Shown: positions 36,868 through 50,534 of the stretch, in pieces
How positions within the stretch are numbered: position 1 is the stretch's first letter
Layout of the letters: each line of letters begins with the position of its first letter
Source of the DNA: Polymyxa betae A26-41
Lineage: Eukaryota > Protista > Endomyxa: Phytomyxea
Direction: 5' to 3'
NCBI GenBank assembly: GCA_003693705.1
Contig: RBZT01000106.1
Coordinates: 12,111-76,110 of the forward strand
Length of the DNA: 64,000 nt
The notes under the pieces: model-generated
Told to the model about the DNA's origin: nothing
Database searches by the model: none
What the model saw: only the letters and a program-made list of their open reading frames with translations
Position numbers and translations under genes: made by a program

Positions 36868-39416
36868 TTAATCTTGCTGGACCGACCTCATTGCTGGATC
36901 AATATGCACCAACGTCTCATGTCGCTTATGATTGTCCTGACGTCGCCGGCGACCTTTTCGTGAGTCGACTACTTCCGAACTGAACTCATCTTGCTGATCG
37001 TCTTCAACGATACCGTCCAATTTACGAGCTTTCATCTGGGTCGTGTCCAAAGCGCCAGCCGGTACGCGCGCCAATGCAGCGAAATGCCGATAGCCTCCCA
37101 GCATACTAGTTAAATCGATACCTTCCAAAGTCGTTATCCGCTGCGACTGCAGTGTGCCTTGGTCCATCTGCCATTGGTAGATGACACCACCAGCAGTTGT
37201 CGCTGTTGTCGCATTGATGCCAGTTGCGACGCTGGTGAAGCAATGCGTCGGCGGCAGCCGAATGAAATTCGAGCCGGAGTCGGATCGCGACACGATCGTC
37301 GTCGAATAGATGGTGCCGTTATCGCTGAGCGCCGCGGTATGGTTCTGGCTGCAAGAGATCTGGACGATACCCTTCCTGGTCAGCGTCTTCACCTGCTGTG
37401 GTTCGAATACATGGCCGGGGACGGGGACGCCCGGCAGGCCCAGCTGCCCGAGGCTGTTGTCGCCCCAGACGTAGACGCATTGATCGAAGCCGACTCCAAC
37501 CGTATGGTCACCACCACAGACGACTCCCGACCAGAATTCCGAATGAGTCTCTATACGACCAGCAGCAACCACCTCATCATCAGCTTGAGGGCCGCGCCCC
37601 AGCTGTCCTTCCACCCCACGACCCCATGTCCATAGATCGCCACTATCAGAGACAGACGCACAATGTTGTCGCCCACAAGCTAAATGGTCGATAGAGACGC
37701 CTTCTAAACCTGCCACCATCACCGGCACACGAAGGTCGCCCGACGATACCATGCCAGCGCCCATGACGAACGCGCCGCCAGTCCCGATCAATGTGAAAGC
37801 GCTGTGGAAGGCGCCGGCCCCGATCAAAGCCGCCTTCTGATTGCATAAAGGGCTATGCGACACGTGCAAACTCGTGGGCGATTTGATCGTTTCGGCAGCG
37901 CCTTCGCCAAGGCCAAGCTGGCCTCGGGCACAGCTTCCCCAGCCGTATAGATCGCCGTCGTCGCCCAGCGCCATCGTATGCTGCGACCCGAGCGCCACGA
38001 CTCGGATTTGTACTTGGCCTAGAGCCCGACATAGTGTTGGGAATGGCTGTGATCGAGTGTTGTTCAAGCCGAGCTGGCCATGATGGCCCTGACCCCAGAT
38101 GAACAGCGCATGCTGGAACTGGGCTGAATCGCCAACCCGGATTGTGGATTTCAAATCTGGAGTCAAATCTGGTTTTGCTGGCACGAACCTAAAAAGCGTC
38201 ATTGTTATCATGCCTTCGAAGGAACGAGTCCAAAAACTTACACATGGTCAGCGTCGTCATCGTCATTTTTCTCCATGTCTCCATGTGTTTCGAAAACAGC
38301 AGGTTCTTTCTCGTCGCCCTCTTCTATGATGCCGAGATCTTTTAGTTGCTGACTTGTCGGTCGGTGTCGAAGCTTGTCCGACAGCGATTGCTGTCGCTGA
38401 TGGAGATCCAGTCGACGTTGCCTCTCGGCCATCTTCGGTGACGTCTGTTTGAGAATGTTCTTGGCGACCAATGCCTTGACAGTCGGACGTGATTTCAACA
38501 TGCGTTGAAGGCGCTCTTTTGGCGATTCAACAGCGACCGCATTGCCTGAGTCACCGGCATCTGGATCGAATCGGGACAGGTCGCTGCTACTCGGCTTTAA
38601 AATATTCTTCTTGAGAAGAGCATCGGGAGACGATCTCTGATCCAGCAGTCGCTTTAATGCATCGCCCCGTGCCTGAATACCTAAGTTTCTCTGATCAGCG
38701 ACCACGTTACGTAATACCAATCCATCCTCCCGAACATTCTTTAAAAATCAAAACTTAAAGAAAGCTGAATATAGAAGAATAACTTGTAAAGCAAACTGGT
38801 GGTTGCGATTGTGATTTGCCATTCAACTACCATTTGTCGTATCGACGATGATCCGCTGGCCCACCAATTCTTCTCGCGGCGATCGTGTACCCAGTTGCAG
38901 TTCCAATGATTGTATTCGTGAATGAAACGACTCCCGATCGCTGCCCTTGATAATATTACGATCACGAAGCTGATCTGGCGTCGGTCTTGGCATCAGCAAT
39001 CTCTCCAAATTCTGCTGCCTATCTGCCGATAACTTCCCGGATTGTACGAGGCCAGATTTGGTCATAACCGCCTCGGTACGAGCTTTGTTGGCGGCGTTTT
39101 GATCTTTGAGGAATCGCCCCAAGGCAGTAGCGTCGTCTTCCGATGAGCGCCGCTTCCCGATTGCCTGATTGACGGCGGCATCATCAGCGTTCACGAACCG
39201 GATTGTTCGCGGCCGTGTATTTACCGAATTTCCATTCAGCTTCAATACAGGTAGCTGCGTCGGCTGCTTCACACGCGACGATGACCGATGTCGACCGGAA
39301 GATACCGGACGATGTTCCATGCACGTATTCGACGAACCAATTCGATTGGCCAGACATCCTGGGCGTATACACGGAATTGAAATCGATTGCGAACTCGATG
39401 CCGATATGAACGACAT
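36868..39416 (-). CDS. RPEL-repeat (x5) plus RCC1-like beta-propeller protein
   Basis: RPTPDQLRDRNI, RSPREELVGQRI, RSSPDALLKKNI, RPTVKALVAKNI, RPTSQQLKDLGI; RCC1 repeats WGQGHHGQLG, WGSCARGQLG, WGRGVEGQLG, WGDNSLGQLG; two frame-consistent introns. Confidence 0.85.
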
Positions 39417-39647
39417 GACCTTGCCGACAACGTGTCAAGACATTGACGAGGGCCGGGATCAGGGCGCGTGTCTTTATGGCATTCGCCAGATATTCGGCCG
39501 AACAGATTCGGGCACCGGAGCACCGCCTCCGTTTCCTTTGAAATGGAAACAGGTTCGCCGTTTCCGATAACAATAATCATTGCAATGAAAGGATATCTGT
39601 GTCCTTAACAGTGCTTGAATATGCTCATTGGATACCACATTATGTTC

Positions 39648-39802
39648 NNNNNNNNNNNNNNNNNNNNNNNNNNNNNNNNNNNNNNNNNNNNNNNNNNNNN
39701 NNNNNNNNNNNNNNNNNNNNNNNNNNNNNNNNNNNNNNNNNNNNNNNNNNNNNNNNNNNNNNNNNNNNNNNNNNNNNNNNNNNNNNNNNNNNNNNNNNNN
39801 NN
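39648..39802. other. Assembly gap (N run)
   Basis: Run of n characters. Confidence 1.
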
Positions 39803-42163
39803 CTGTAGCCGAACAGAGGACAGCGGTAGGAGAAGATTGAGGACAAAGGGAAGCGATTCCTATTGATTGCCGTTGTTAGGAAGTGGAGGCGAGCCGCGAA
39901 CAGATCCAGAACGAATGTCGGGAGATGTATCAGGAATGGAACAATCAGCTCGCAAAGCAGGCACAGGAATTCAAGAATCTCGAATCGCAAATGGTTCCTC
40001 AACATATTCTTCATTTGGAAAGAGTTAAGGTAGTCAAGTGTTCAACTCTTACAGAATCCGATTGTCGGCTAAAGACAGAATCAGCTTGGCAATGAGCTAC
40101 GCGGGAACTATGAGAAAGAAGGAGAAGTCTTACGAAAACAGATCGAATCGATTTCTGAAAATCTGAGCCAGGTTAAAAGAGACTCACAGAATTACCAGGT
40201 TCGTATTCGATGACCTTGAACTGTCTTAAGTGAAACACGCTTTACAGATGCAATGGGAGAACGCAATCTCAGAGAAGGAGCTCATGCAAGCTCGTTTGTC
40301 GAAGTTGATATCGACCCTGCAAGAGTGAAATTCGAAGACAGTTGGTTATCTCTTATATTGATGTCAAATTAGAGATTCGGAAACACAAAAGCAACGTATT
40401 CATGAAGTGGAAAGCATGAATTCTGATTTAAAGGAAAGCGTTCGGTTGCTGGAGACACGTATAATCAATCTGAGTGTTTCTGAGACTCACTTATTATTAG
40501 AACAAGAAGCTGTAGGTGCCAATTTATTCCTTTTATCGAACATGGACAATCTCTAATTCTACATCAGATGCGGAAAGAAGCGGAAGAGGCGATTCAAGCA
40601 AAGTGTCAACTGGAGCTATCACAGCTTAGAACGGTTAAGGAACTTCAATCCCAATGTTCGCTACTGGAAGCTCAGCTTGAATGCCATCAAACGAAGGCCC
40701 AAGAAACAATTGATTTAAAAGAACAGGTTAGAGCTTGCAAAATAGTGTCCTGAATTCAGGCTTACCTGTAACAGGTTCTCGAGCAACTAAAACAGTCAGA
40801 GGCCAAAACCAGGCAGTATCGAGTACAAAGTAAGAAAACTATTTGCATCAATTTCTGTCAATGACGTCACATTCAGTTGCAGAACTTCAACAAAATTTAG
40901 AAGAAACCAGATCACAATGCGACACACAAAAACAGACATATGATATGGACATTTCAATCACGCGCCAACGTTTGGAGTCGTTGAACAACCAATTCGAGAT
41001 TCAGGTCTTTCAGCAATAAGCCAAGTACGCTGGTTTTTTGAATTTTTCTTGATAGATACAAGATTACCAAAACCGTATCAGCACTTGCGAAAGAAATGAG
41101 GAACTTCTTCGGGCTGAATACGAGCGACGTGGGAAAGAACGTGAGGCGCAAAGCCAAATGGAATTCGAACGACTTAAGGAACTTCTTTTGCAATCACAGC
41201 ATCAAACTACCAGATTACAGGAAGAAGTGCAAAAACTTTCCGAGGAGCTGCTAAAGCAAAACACGGTTTCCGAACGAAAGGTATAAATCTCTCGTCCAAT
41301 TAGCTCACTTCAATAATTCGCATTGCCAGCTTGCTGAACTGACAGAAGAAAGGAATAAGTTGATGTTTGCGACAGAGAAAGCCCATGCGGATCTCAACGC
41401 TCAAGTCCAACTCAACGAAAAGATTCATACTGAGCTTAGGGGAATGCATGATGCTTACAACGATTTGAGCAAAAAACATTCATCTCATGTCTCACTACTA
41501 AACGAAACAAAAGATTCGCTAACGAGGCAAACTGAGCAAAACAAGCAATTGCTGGAGACGAATGAACGCTTGCAAGTGAAGGTAAAACAAATGGGACGCA
41601 TGGGGAAAACTAACCATCTTAAGATAAAATCCTTGAGAGAGGAATCGAAACGCGATTCTCAAGATTGGCGATCGGAGCGAGAAGTTATGATACATGAGCT
41701 TAGGGCAAGTGAAGACCAAGTCAAGAAGCTTCAAGAGAACGTAGCAACATTGAGCAATGATAGAATCAAAATGGAACAAATTCTAGAGGCATGCACAGAA
41801 AAATCCAAAAAAGTAGTTTTTGAAATGCGATTCTGAAATCCTCAAGTCTAAAATTATATTCAGGATCATCAACACCACAAACGAATCACCAGAGACTTGA
41901 GGGATCGCATGGCTAGCCTGTTGGGTGAATTGGCTGTTTTGAAGGAAGTAAGCGCTTGCGAACATGATCGTACGATAAAACCCCTGAAAATTCTAGGTCC
42001 AGGGCTACAACTTCCAGGAGAGCAATAATCAGCATGCAGCAAGTATGCACAGATCCCAGGGTGGCGACAATCAGGTCGGCATAGACCTGCGTTCATTCGA
42101 AGGTATCAAGGCTCTGACCGCAGATGTCCATGCATTCGGAGACCAACTATTAAAGAAATGAAT
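39803..42163 (+). CDS. Long coiled-coil protein with many exons; 5' end probably in the gap
   Basis: E/Q/K/L-rich heptad exons separated by ~45-55 nt introns. Confidence 0.75.
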
Positions 42164-42436
42164 AAAACCGCAGAGAGTGAGCTACCGGCACTGTATGTAA
42201 TTGTGTTACAGAAGTGGCTGCAGCCTTCTATTCAGCTGGGCCCATACTAAACACCGATTCGGTCAGACAAGCCTGCCAGACCAGCAATCACATCTTTCTC
42301 CATCTGTCCCCTTCCGTCTCGATCGGCTTGGGCGTCCTAGCAGAAGGCGGCGCTGCAAAATAAGCGACGCCTTCACCGCGAAGTTTCCTAGTCCGGCTGC
42401 AGATCACATCCATGTGTTGCTGTAATTAACGTTGCA

Positions 42437-45400
42437 ATGGATGAAGAATGCATGGAAAAACAGCTTGATTCGAGATCCTCACCTTCAAAAGCCCAGGATA
42501 GTCCAAAGGGCAAAGTGCCGGATTTGTGTACGCCTGCGCCCACAACTGATGGAAGCGAGGGCGTATTGAGATATGAAATGAGCTGTTTACGCTCGGTTTT
42601 GGACGCTGAAACCCATGGCGGCCGATGGCTCACAATGTGTATAGCTGTCCAGGAAAGCAATTGGTCGAAAGCATTTTCGGTTTGGTCCTCTTCCGATACG
42701 AACGTTATTGTCGACGTACAAGTCTTAATGACGGATAGTGAAGAATCGGTACCGTCTGGCTATGAAATTCTGAAATCGGTCTCTGGTGCTGAAGGCGACA
42801 TAAACAAAAAAACTGGTGGACGGATCATCCATTTATGTGCTCGTCGCACCGTCTATAGGCCTCCTTCATCTTCACCATCTTCGGATGCCAATCAAATGTA
42901 GAGATTGCTTGTTTTTTACGTATCACTTTTGAATGCCTTGTTATAGAACTCACCAGGATCCGATAACAGCATTGTCTGTTGTTTGCGACGACCAGTACCA
43001 AGAAGCCCCATTAGGCTTTACGAACATTGAGAGGACGGTTGGAGGACGCTCTGCAGATTTAAGCTTAGGAAATGGAGCCCAAAGAATGTTTTTGTGTCAT
43101 ATCCGAGGAACCGGTCCTCCCATCAACAATCTTGTGCTGCTGTTCAATTCAAGGAAGGAAACGCCTCCACCTGGTTATCATAAGCTGGTGAAAACGGCGA
43201 ATGATGACACGGCTGATTTATCCAGTTTATGCAAGACTGGAAACGAGGTACGATTTTTAATTTGATAGTTTCCAAGCTTAGCTCTTACAGGTTTATCTCT
43301 GTTTTTCCCTTGATCTACAATTTCTAATTCATCGATTCAAACTGGATATATCTGTTGATGAAAAATGGTCGGCATGCGCTGCATTATTCGTGGCCTGTTT
43401 ATTCTCCCCTTCGGAAAATGTTGTTGTCCAATCGCTAAAATCTCTGCATGAGCTTCTCTTGATGTCCCCCGGTCTGAACGTGCCACTCGGAGCCAACCTA
43501 ATGAACATAATATTCCATGCGCTCTGCGACTGTCTAATTCTTGCCCGATCGCATTTCACAAGAAGCGTGCAATCCCTTGGGTTGCAAGTTCTTCTCGACT
43601 CTTTCTTGAAATACGTCTACGAGTTGCGATTGGAAACCGTCCTCAGGGTCTATGAGACGTTTTTCTTCGAAAGACATAAAGATCGCCGGGAAGCTCTGTC
43701 TTTCCAAATCGCCGAATTTCTATTTACTGAAGAGACTAACCAGAGGTCTTCGTCAACGCAGCGTGAAGAATCAGAAACTATTGACGGTGGAGGTTCCAAT
43801 TTCGATGTGAAAAGCTGGATTAAGCATGATCTACTTGATTCTCTCACTGATACGATCGACCTGCATAAAAGCTGCAGCCGGGTCATCAACTGGTTCCAAA
43901 GGTCGAAAGAAGTCAATCTCTCTTTTCGGATAACGATTAGTGATCTGCTGCAAAAACTCTGCCCCAGGAAACACGTCGATCGTTTAATCATTGGCTTGTT
44001 ACTAACGGCTTGCAAGATCGCATCTCACCAGTCCTTATCCAAACAACCATCAAAATCGGAATCGATCATGCGCAAGATCCATGCTCTTAATTTGATTCTT
44101 CGAATTATCAGCCATCCTTCAACGGTGGATATCATGACACCGAAAGGCCCGTTGCTGATTCTTCGGCGGTTCGTCTGTGCTTCGCTTCTGGAATCTTATG
44201 TCACCGTTGTGCCGGCAGTTTTCAAACTCGTCCTGTCTTGGTTCACAGAGCTCTGGCAATCTTATAGGCATCTACTGAAAACCGAGCTAGGAATTATCAT
44301 GGAGTCTGTTGTGCTGGGATTGATTCAAAGTGCATACTGCTGGCCTGAACAGAAAATCGACCTAATCGAAGCAATCTCTCACTTATTCCCGACTCCGGGC
44401 AATCTAGTAGATTTGTTCTACAATTATGACAACGATATCCAACGAAGGAATCTTTTCGGGCGCCTAATCAACTCTTTGTGCAAAATCTGTGATAATCAAG
44501 TGAACCCAGCAGTTATCAAAGGAGCCAAATCGAAGCAGATACAGCAACATCCTGTACAAGCTGCTTTTCTGCAGTCGGCCTATGAAGCCAATGCTAGCTT
44601 AATTAACCTACAGCGGACCTCTCTATCCACTGTTGTTAGCTTTCTCGAGCATTTGGCTGAATTCATTTCTCCGCCCACTTTGTATCTCGACGAATTTAAA
44701 GCTTCTGGGTCTCGCTCATCATCGATATGTCTTCCCATGCTGGAAAGCTTTGTTCCAGTTTCACCAAAACCCTTTGGAAAGCAGTCCTCGTTTAGCTCTC
44801 TTTTTGCGAATTTGGACTCGAGCCCAACTTCTCATAAAAGATCACAGTCTTGGTGCGAAACTGAAGCTGAGGAAAAACAGAAAGAAATGATGTCAAGGGA
44901 TAGGAGGATCCGCTCATCTACCTGGGTCTCACGCCATATGCAACAGAAGAAAGCGCAGCTCTTGCACACCGAAGCAATCACTCTGGCGCGCTCAGAATCA
45001 ATTAAAGCTGCCGTCGCCATGCTGATCTCCAGAAGAGGAATATTTGATCCTGATGAAATTGCTGCATTTTTCAGCTCCAATGCCAACTCATTGGATAAAA
45101 CAGAAATCGGAGAATTTATTGCTACAGATTTCACCCGGCATATGACGTCAGAGCAGTTCGACCAGCTTCGAAGATCCTTCATGGCGATGATCGATTTCAC
45201 CTCGCTTGATCTTGATTCCGCATTGAGGCATTTCTTGGTGCATTCTGGGTTTCGTCTTCCAGGCGAAGCTCAGAAAGTTGATCGTCTGATTCAGGTTACC
45301 GTTTTCCAAATCCATAATATTTTGCTAATTCTGTTGACAGGCCTTTGCCGATGCTTATGTTCGGGATAATCCAGGCGTTTTCGCCAACGATGAGGCTGTT

Positions 45401-47180
45401 TATTTGGTAGCCTTTGCGCTGATTATGTTAAATACCGACATGCACGATCCCCGCCTTCGAACAGGGAAACAGTCCAGGTCTCCAATGACAAAGGTTCTCT
45501 ATACTAACCGGATCTGGATTTGATTCTCAATTGATCGATACAGGCCCAATTTATTCGGAATTTACAAGGAGTCGATGCAACAATGTCAGCAGCTTTGTTA
45601 GGCGCTCTGTTCGACGGAATCGCAGCGAGACCAATTGAATGGCAGAACCCTTCCTCAGATGATCCGTCATCTGTTGCTCAAATCACAGTTCCTGCTGATA
45701 CTGAGAGAAATTTCCTAAAGGATTGCACAAATCTCTCTAGGCAAGGCCTGACCTGGATTAAGACGGGGCCCATCAGACCCAGAATGTATTTGACAACCGA
45801 CTCCAAGCACATTGTCAAGGTATTTTGAATGTCAGAAAGATAAGGAATGGCTTAACGTAGTTCCGCTGTAGGGCATGTTTGAAGTCATTTTTACAACGCT
45901 GTTAGGGTCCTTGAGCTCCTTCAATGACAAGAGCAATGAATCGGACGTTGAAATCAGGACTACGTGTATCGATGGCATCAAATACGCTTCAGTCATTGCG
46001 CTTGCGACAAATTCCCAAGAAGAGCTCGATGCTTTCTTGAGCATTTTGGCGAAAATAGCGTATGTTGAGCAAAACAAAGCTACCGTGCCTAGCCCACAGA
46101 TTCGCAAAGCGCTGGTTGCAGGAGAGCATCTAAATCAGAACTGGGTTGTCGACCTCAAACTGCTCTTGGCCAGCCGCAATAAGAAGGCTGTCAATGTGAT
46201 TGTCCGAACAGCAAACAGGTTAAAAAGGAATATAATTTTCGAGAGGGATCAATTGGTTCTGTTGAACATCCAGAACGAATTCACCGAAGAACTCCTGTTG
46301 GTCGACCCTGAACGGACGTTTGTTCGCGAGGGCCATCTCACGAAAATGTCTTCTGGAAGCAGACTGCAACTATACAGGTTCTTCCTGTTTACAGATTTAG
46401 TATTATATGCAAGAGAGCAGTTCCAGAAGCTGAAAGTCCATAAAGTTGTGCACCTATCTATGTGCAGGTTAATGGATTTGCCGGATAGCGAGAATGAATC
46501 AGGACCTGCGATCAAGAATGCTTTCAAGATTATCAGTCCTCAAAAAAGCTTCACTGTCCTTGCCCCGTCTCAAAATGACAAAAGAACATGGATGGCTGAT
46601 ATTCAGAAGCACATTGAGCTCTGCTATACCCAACATATGAAATGGATCGAAGGTGAGTGAATTCGCATTCTGTTTGGATTCCGTCTTAGATTTTTTGCAG
46701 CTGCAAGGTCTGAACCGCTGCAAGATCATAATCATTCGGTTTCTGAACTAAAGGACGAATCACTGGATCCGAACGATTCTGTTGATGGATCGGTAAACTC
46801 CACGGGTTCGAATCAATCTGGAAGTGCCAGTAATCTGAACACATCACGGCTCATGTCGAGTTTCATCGGAAGGCCCAAAGGAAAGCTACTGCAGCGGGGA
46901 TGTCGCTTCTGCATTAGAGATTTCGCCATGCTCCGGAGGAAGGTGAGAATATTTCGGACTCGTGGCTCATCTGGTTTCTGAAATTGTTTAGTGCATCTGC
47001 TCTTGGTGTTCACAAACGGTATGCTCGGCTTGCTCTACGCATCGGCTAGAGCTCCCGGTGAACTCCAACGACAGTCGTAGCCCGAAGAAGCTGCAAAGGG
47101 TTTGTGATGCCTGCTATGGCCACCTGATAGGCAGCATCGAGATAGGAAAACCGCCGGAAATATTACCAGCAAATAAATAA
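42437..47180 (+). CDS. Large ARF-GEF: MABP - DCB/HUS - Sec7 - HDS-like - PH - FYVE-like
   Basis: MABP-like repeats (VPSGYEIL..GDINKK..IHLC; APLGFTNIERTVGGRSADL..MFLC); HUS LVDLFYNYDND; Sec7 FRLPGEAQKVDRL and FALIMLNTDMH; PH FVREGHLTK..FFLFTD..KSFTV..W; FYVE-like CRFC..RRKCICSWC..VCSAC..RVCDACY. Confidence 0.9.
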
Positions 47181-47315
47181 TATTGTATTGACAATGGAAG
47201 AGGATTTCTATGTCCAGTATGGACATTAGTGGAGGTGAAACGTGGCCAATGTGTAAACCTGACTGTGACACTTTGCACAACAAACTTGTCTTTCATTCCT
47301 TATAGCAATCTGTCC

Positions 47316-49017
<1,702 letters not shown>

Positions 49018-49317
49018 TTGCTCTTGGTTATCATATACTTCATTTATATTTATACAATCATAACAATGTTTTCAAAATGCGCATCCATGAATGTCAATTG
49101 TCAGCTATTATTGCAACCGCTTATAATTATTATGGAACATTCGAGGATACATACAAACACATGAATCCGTGCAGACAAGATGCCTACGAGCCGATTCAAA
49201 TAGAGAGATCCGGATCCGAAACCCTAGAACCCTATCTAAGATTTAGGGTTAACTGGAGCAGCCCGAACAGCCTAATTTTGTGACAAGCTTGTAAAGTTGT
49301 GTACCCTTACGATCGTC

Positions 49318-50475
49318 ATGGTTATGGCTGATTTGATGGCGAAATGCGATGCTGTTTCTGATGAACATTCACCTCTGCTATCGCCATCAGTCTCTCCAGG
49401 CACAAAATATATAGTTGCTGCTGATGCTGTAGCTGTCATCATGTGCAGACGTCGTCAACCGGTCTGTTGTCTACGTTCGAACTTGGAATTCTTCTCAATC
49501 CCTGATGGAAGTGTTGTTGAGATTCTTCAACCTAACATAACTCTATTTGGATCCATGAGAGGTGAACGTGTAGTTGGAGTTCGTGTAGTCGCAAGTATTA
49601 ATTCCGATTTAAATGGTGTACTTGGATCTATTCGTTTAAGATGGTTACAAGCTTATGGAGATTTCTTATCAGCTGTTTGTTCACCGAAATCATCGTCACT
49701 TGGGGATGAAACTATCCTTCGACAGACTAATTCATGGTGGCCAGTACCACCTAGAAAACGACGTCAAAATGTCATCAACGATGTGGTTGTGGAAGCAGAT
49801 AGTGTGGAAGAAGGTCTCCCTGCTGAACGTCCACAACCATCCGAATTGGACCAGTTTCTAATGCAAATCGGTATCGACCCTAGCCCACAAACCCTAAACC
49901 CTAACCCTATCACAACCACCACAATTTTATCACGTTTAAAGGAGGGCGAGTACGACTTCCAAGGTGACGTGGTGAGATCGCTGGCAACAACATTATTCGG
50001 ATCATCACCTCTTCATATCGATCATGTTCGAATTCGACGACGAAAGATCACAGTACGGCTGCGACAGCGTCAGACGATCGCGTTATCAACACCGTCCGGG
50101 TTCGTACTGGACCAGGGCCGACTGATGCCGCGCCCCGTCCAGGTACGACGCCTGGCGTTCCGGGACGAGGTCGAGATCGATCTGGCCGCGGACGGCACCG
50201 TGGCCGGTGTCCGCCAGGGCGATATCAGCGTCGTGAAAGGGCCGGTATGTCTGGGGGTCAAGGTCCGGACCGAACGTCATCCGGGCCGGATCGATACCGA
50301 TGAGAAGGGTCGCGCGATCGTCGCCGTGGACCAGCACGGCGACGCCGTCCGTGCTGCGGATGGCGCCTATCAGCTGAGGCAGTACGACGACTGGATTCTG
50401 GTGTCAGCATTGGGTAAAACCCACTGGATTGGTGTGAGTCCATTAAACCCTAAAACCCTACAAAACCCTCGATAA
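49318..50475 (+). CDS. Hypothetical protein; probably exon 1 of a gene spliced to the downstream coiled coil
   Basis: ~385-aa open frame; perfect donor gtgagt at 50434 is in phase with acceptor tcag|ATG at 50534/50535. Confidence 0.7.
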   Translation: MVMADLMAKCDAVSDEHSPLLSPSVSPGTKYIVAADAVAVIMCRRRQPVCCLRSNLEFFSIPDGSVVEILQPNITLFGSMRGERVVGVRVVASINSDLNGVLGSIRLRWLQAYGDFLSAVCSPKSSSLGDETILRQTNSWWPVPPRKRRQNVINDVVVEADSVEEGLPAERPQPSELDQFLMQIGIDPSPQTLNPNPITTTTILSRLKEGEYDFQGDVVRSLATTLFGSSPLHIDHVRIRRRKITVRLRQRQTIALSTPSGFVLDQGRLMPRPVQVRRLAFRDEVEIDLAADGTVAGVRQGDISVVKGPVCLGVKVRTERHPGRIDTDEKGRAIVAVDQHGDAVRAADGAYQLRQYDDWILVSALGKTHWIGVSPLNPKTLQNPR

Positions 50476-50534
50476 TAAACGATCCCGTTTTGTATGGAAG
50501 AGATCGATCGTGTCTCTGTACTTATTGATATCAG

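Noticed and set aside
39599-40014. ORFs spanning X runs
   Set aside because: Artefacts of the N gap.
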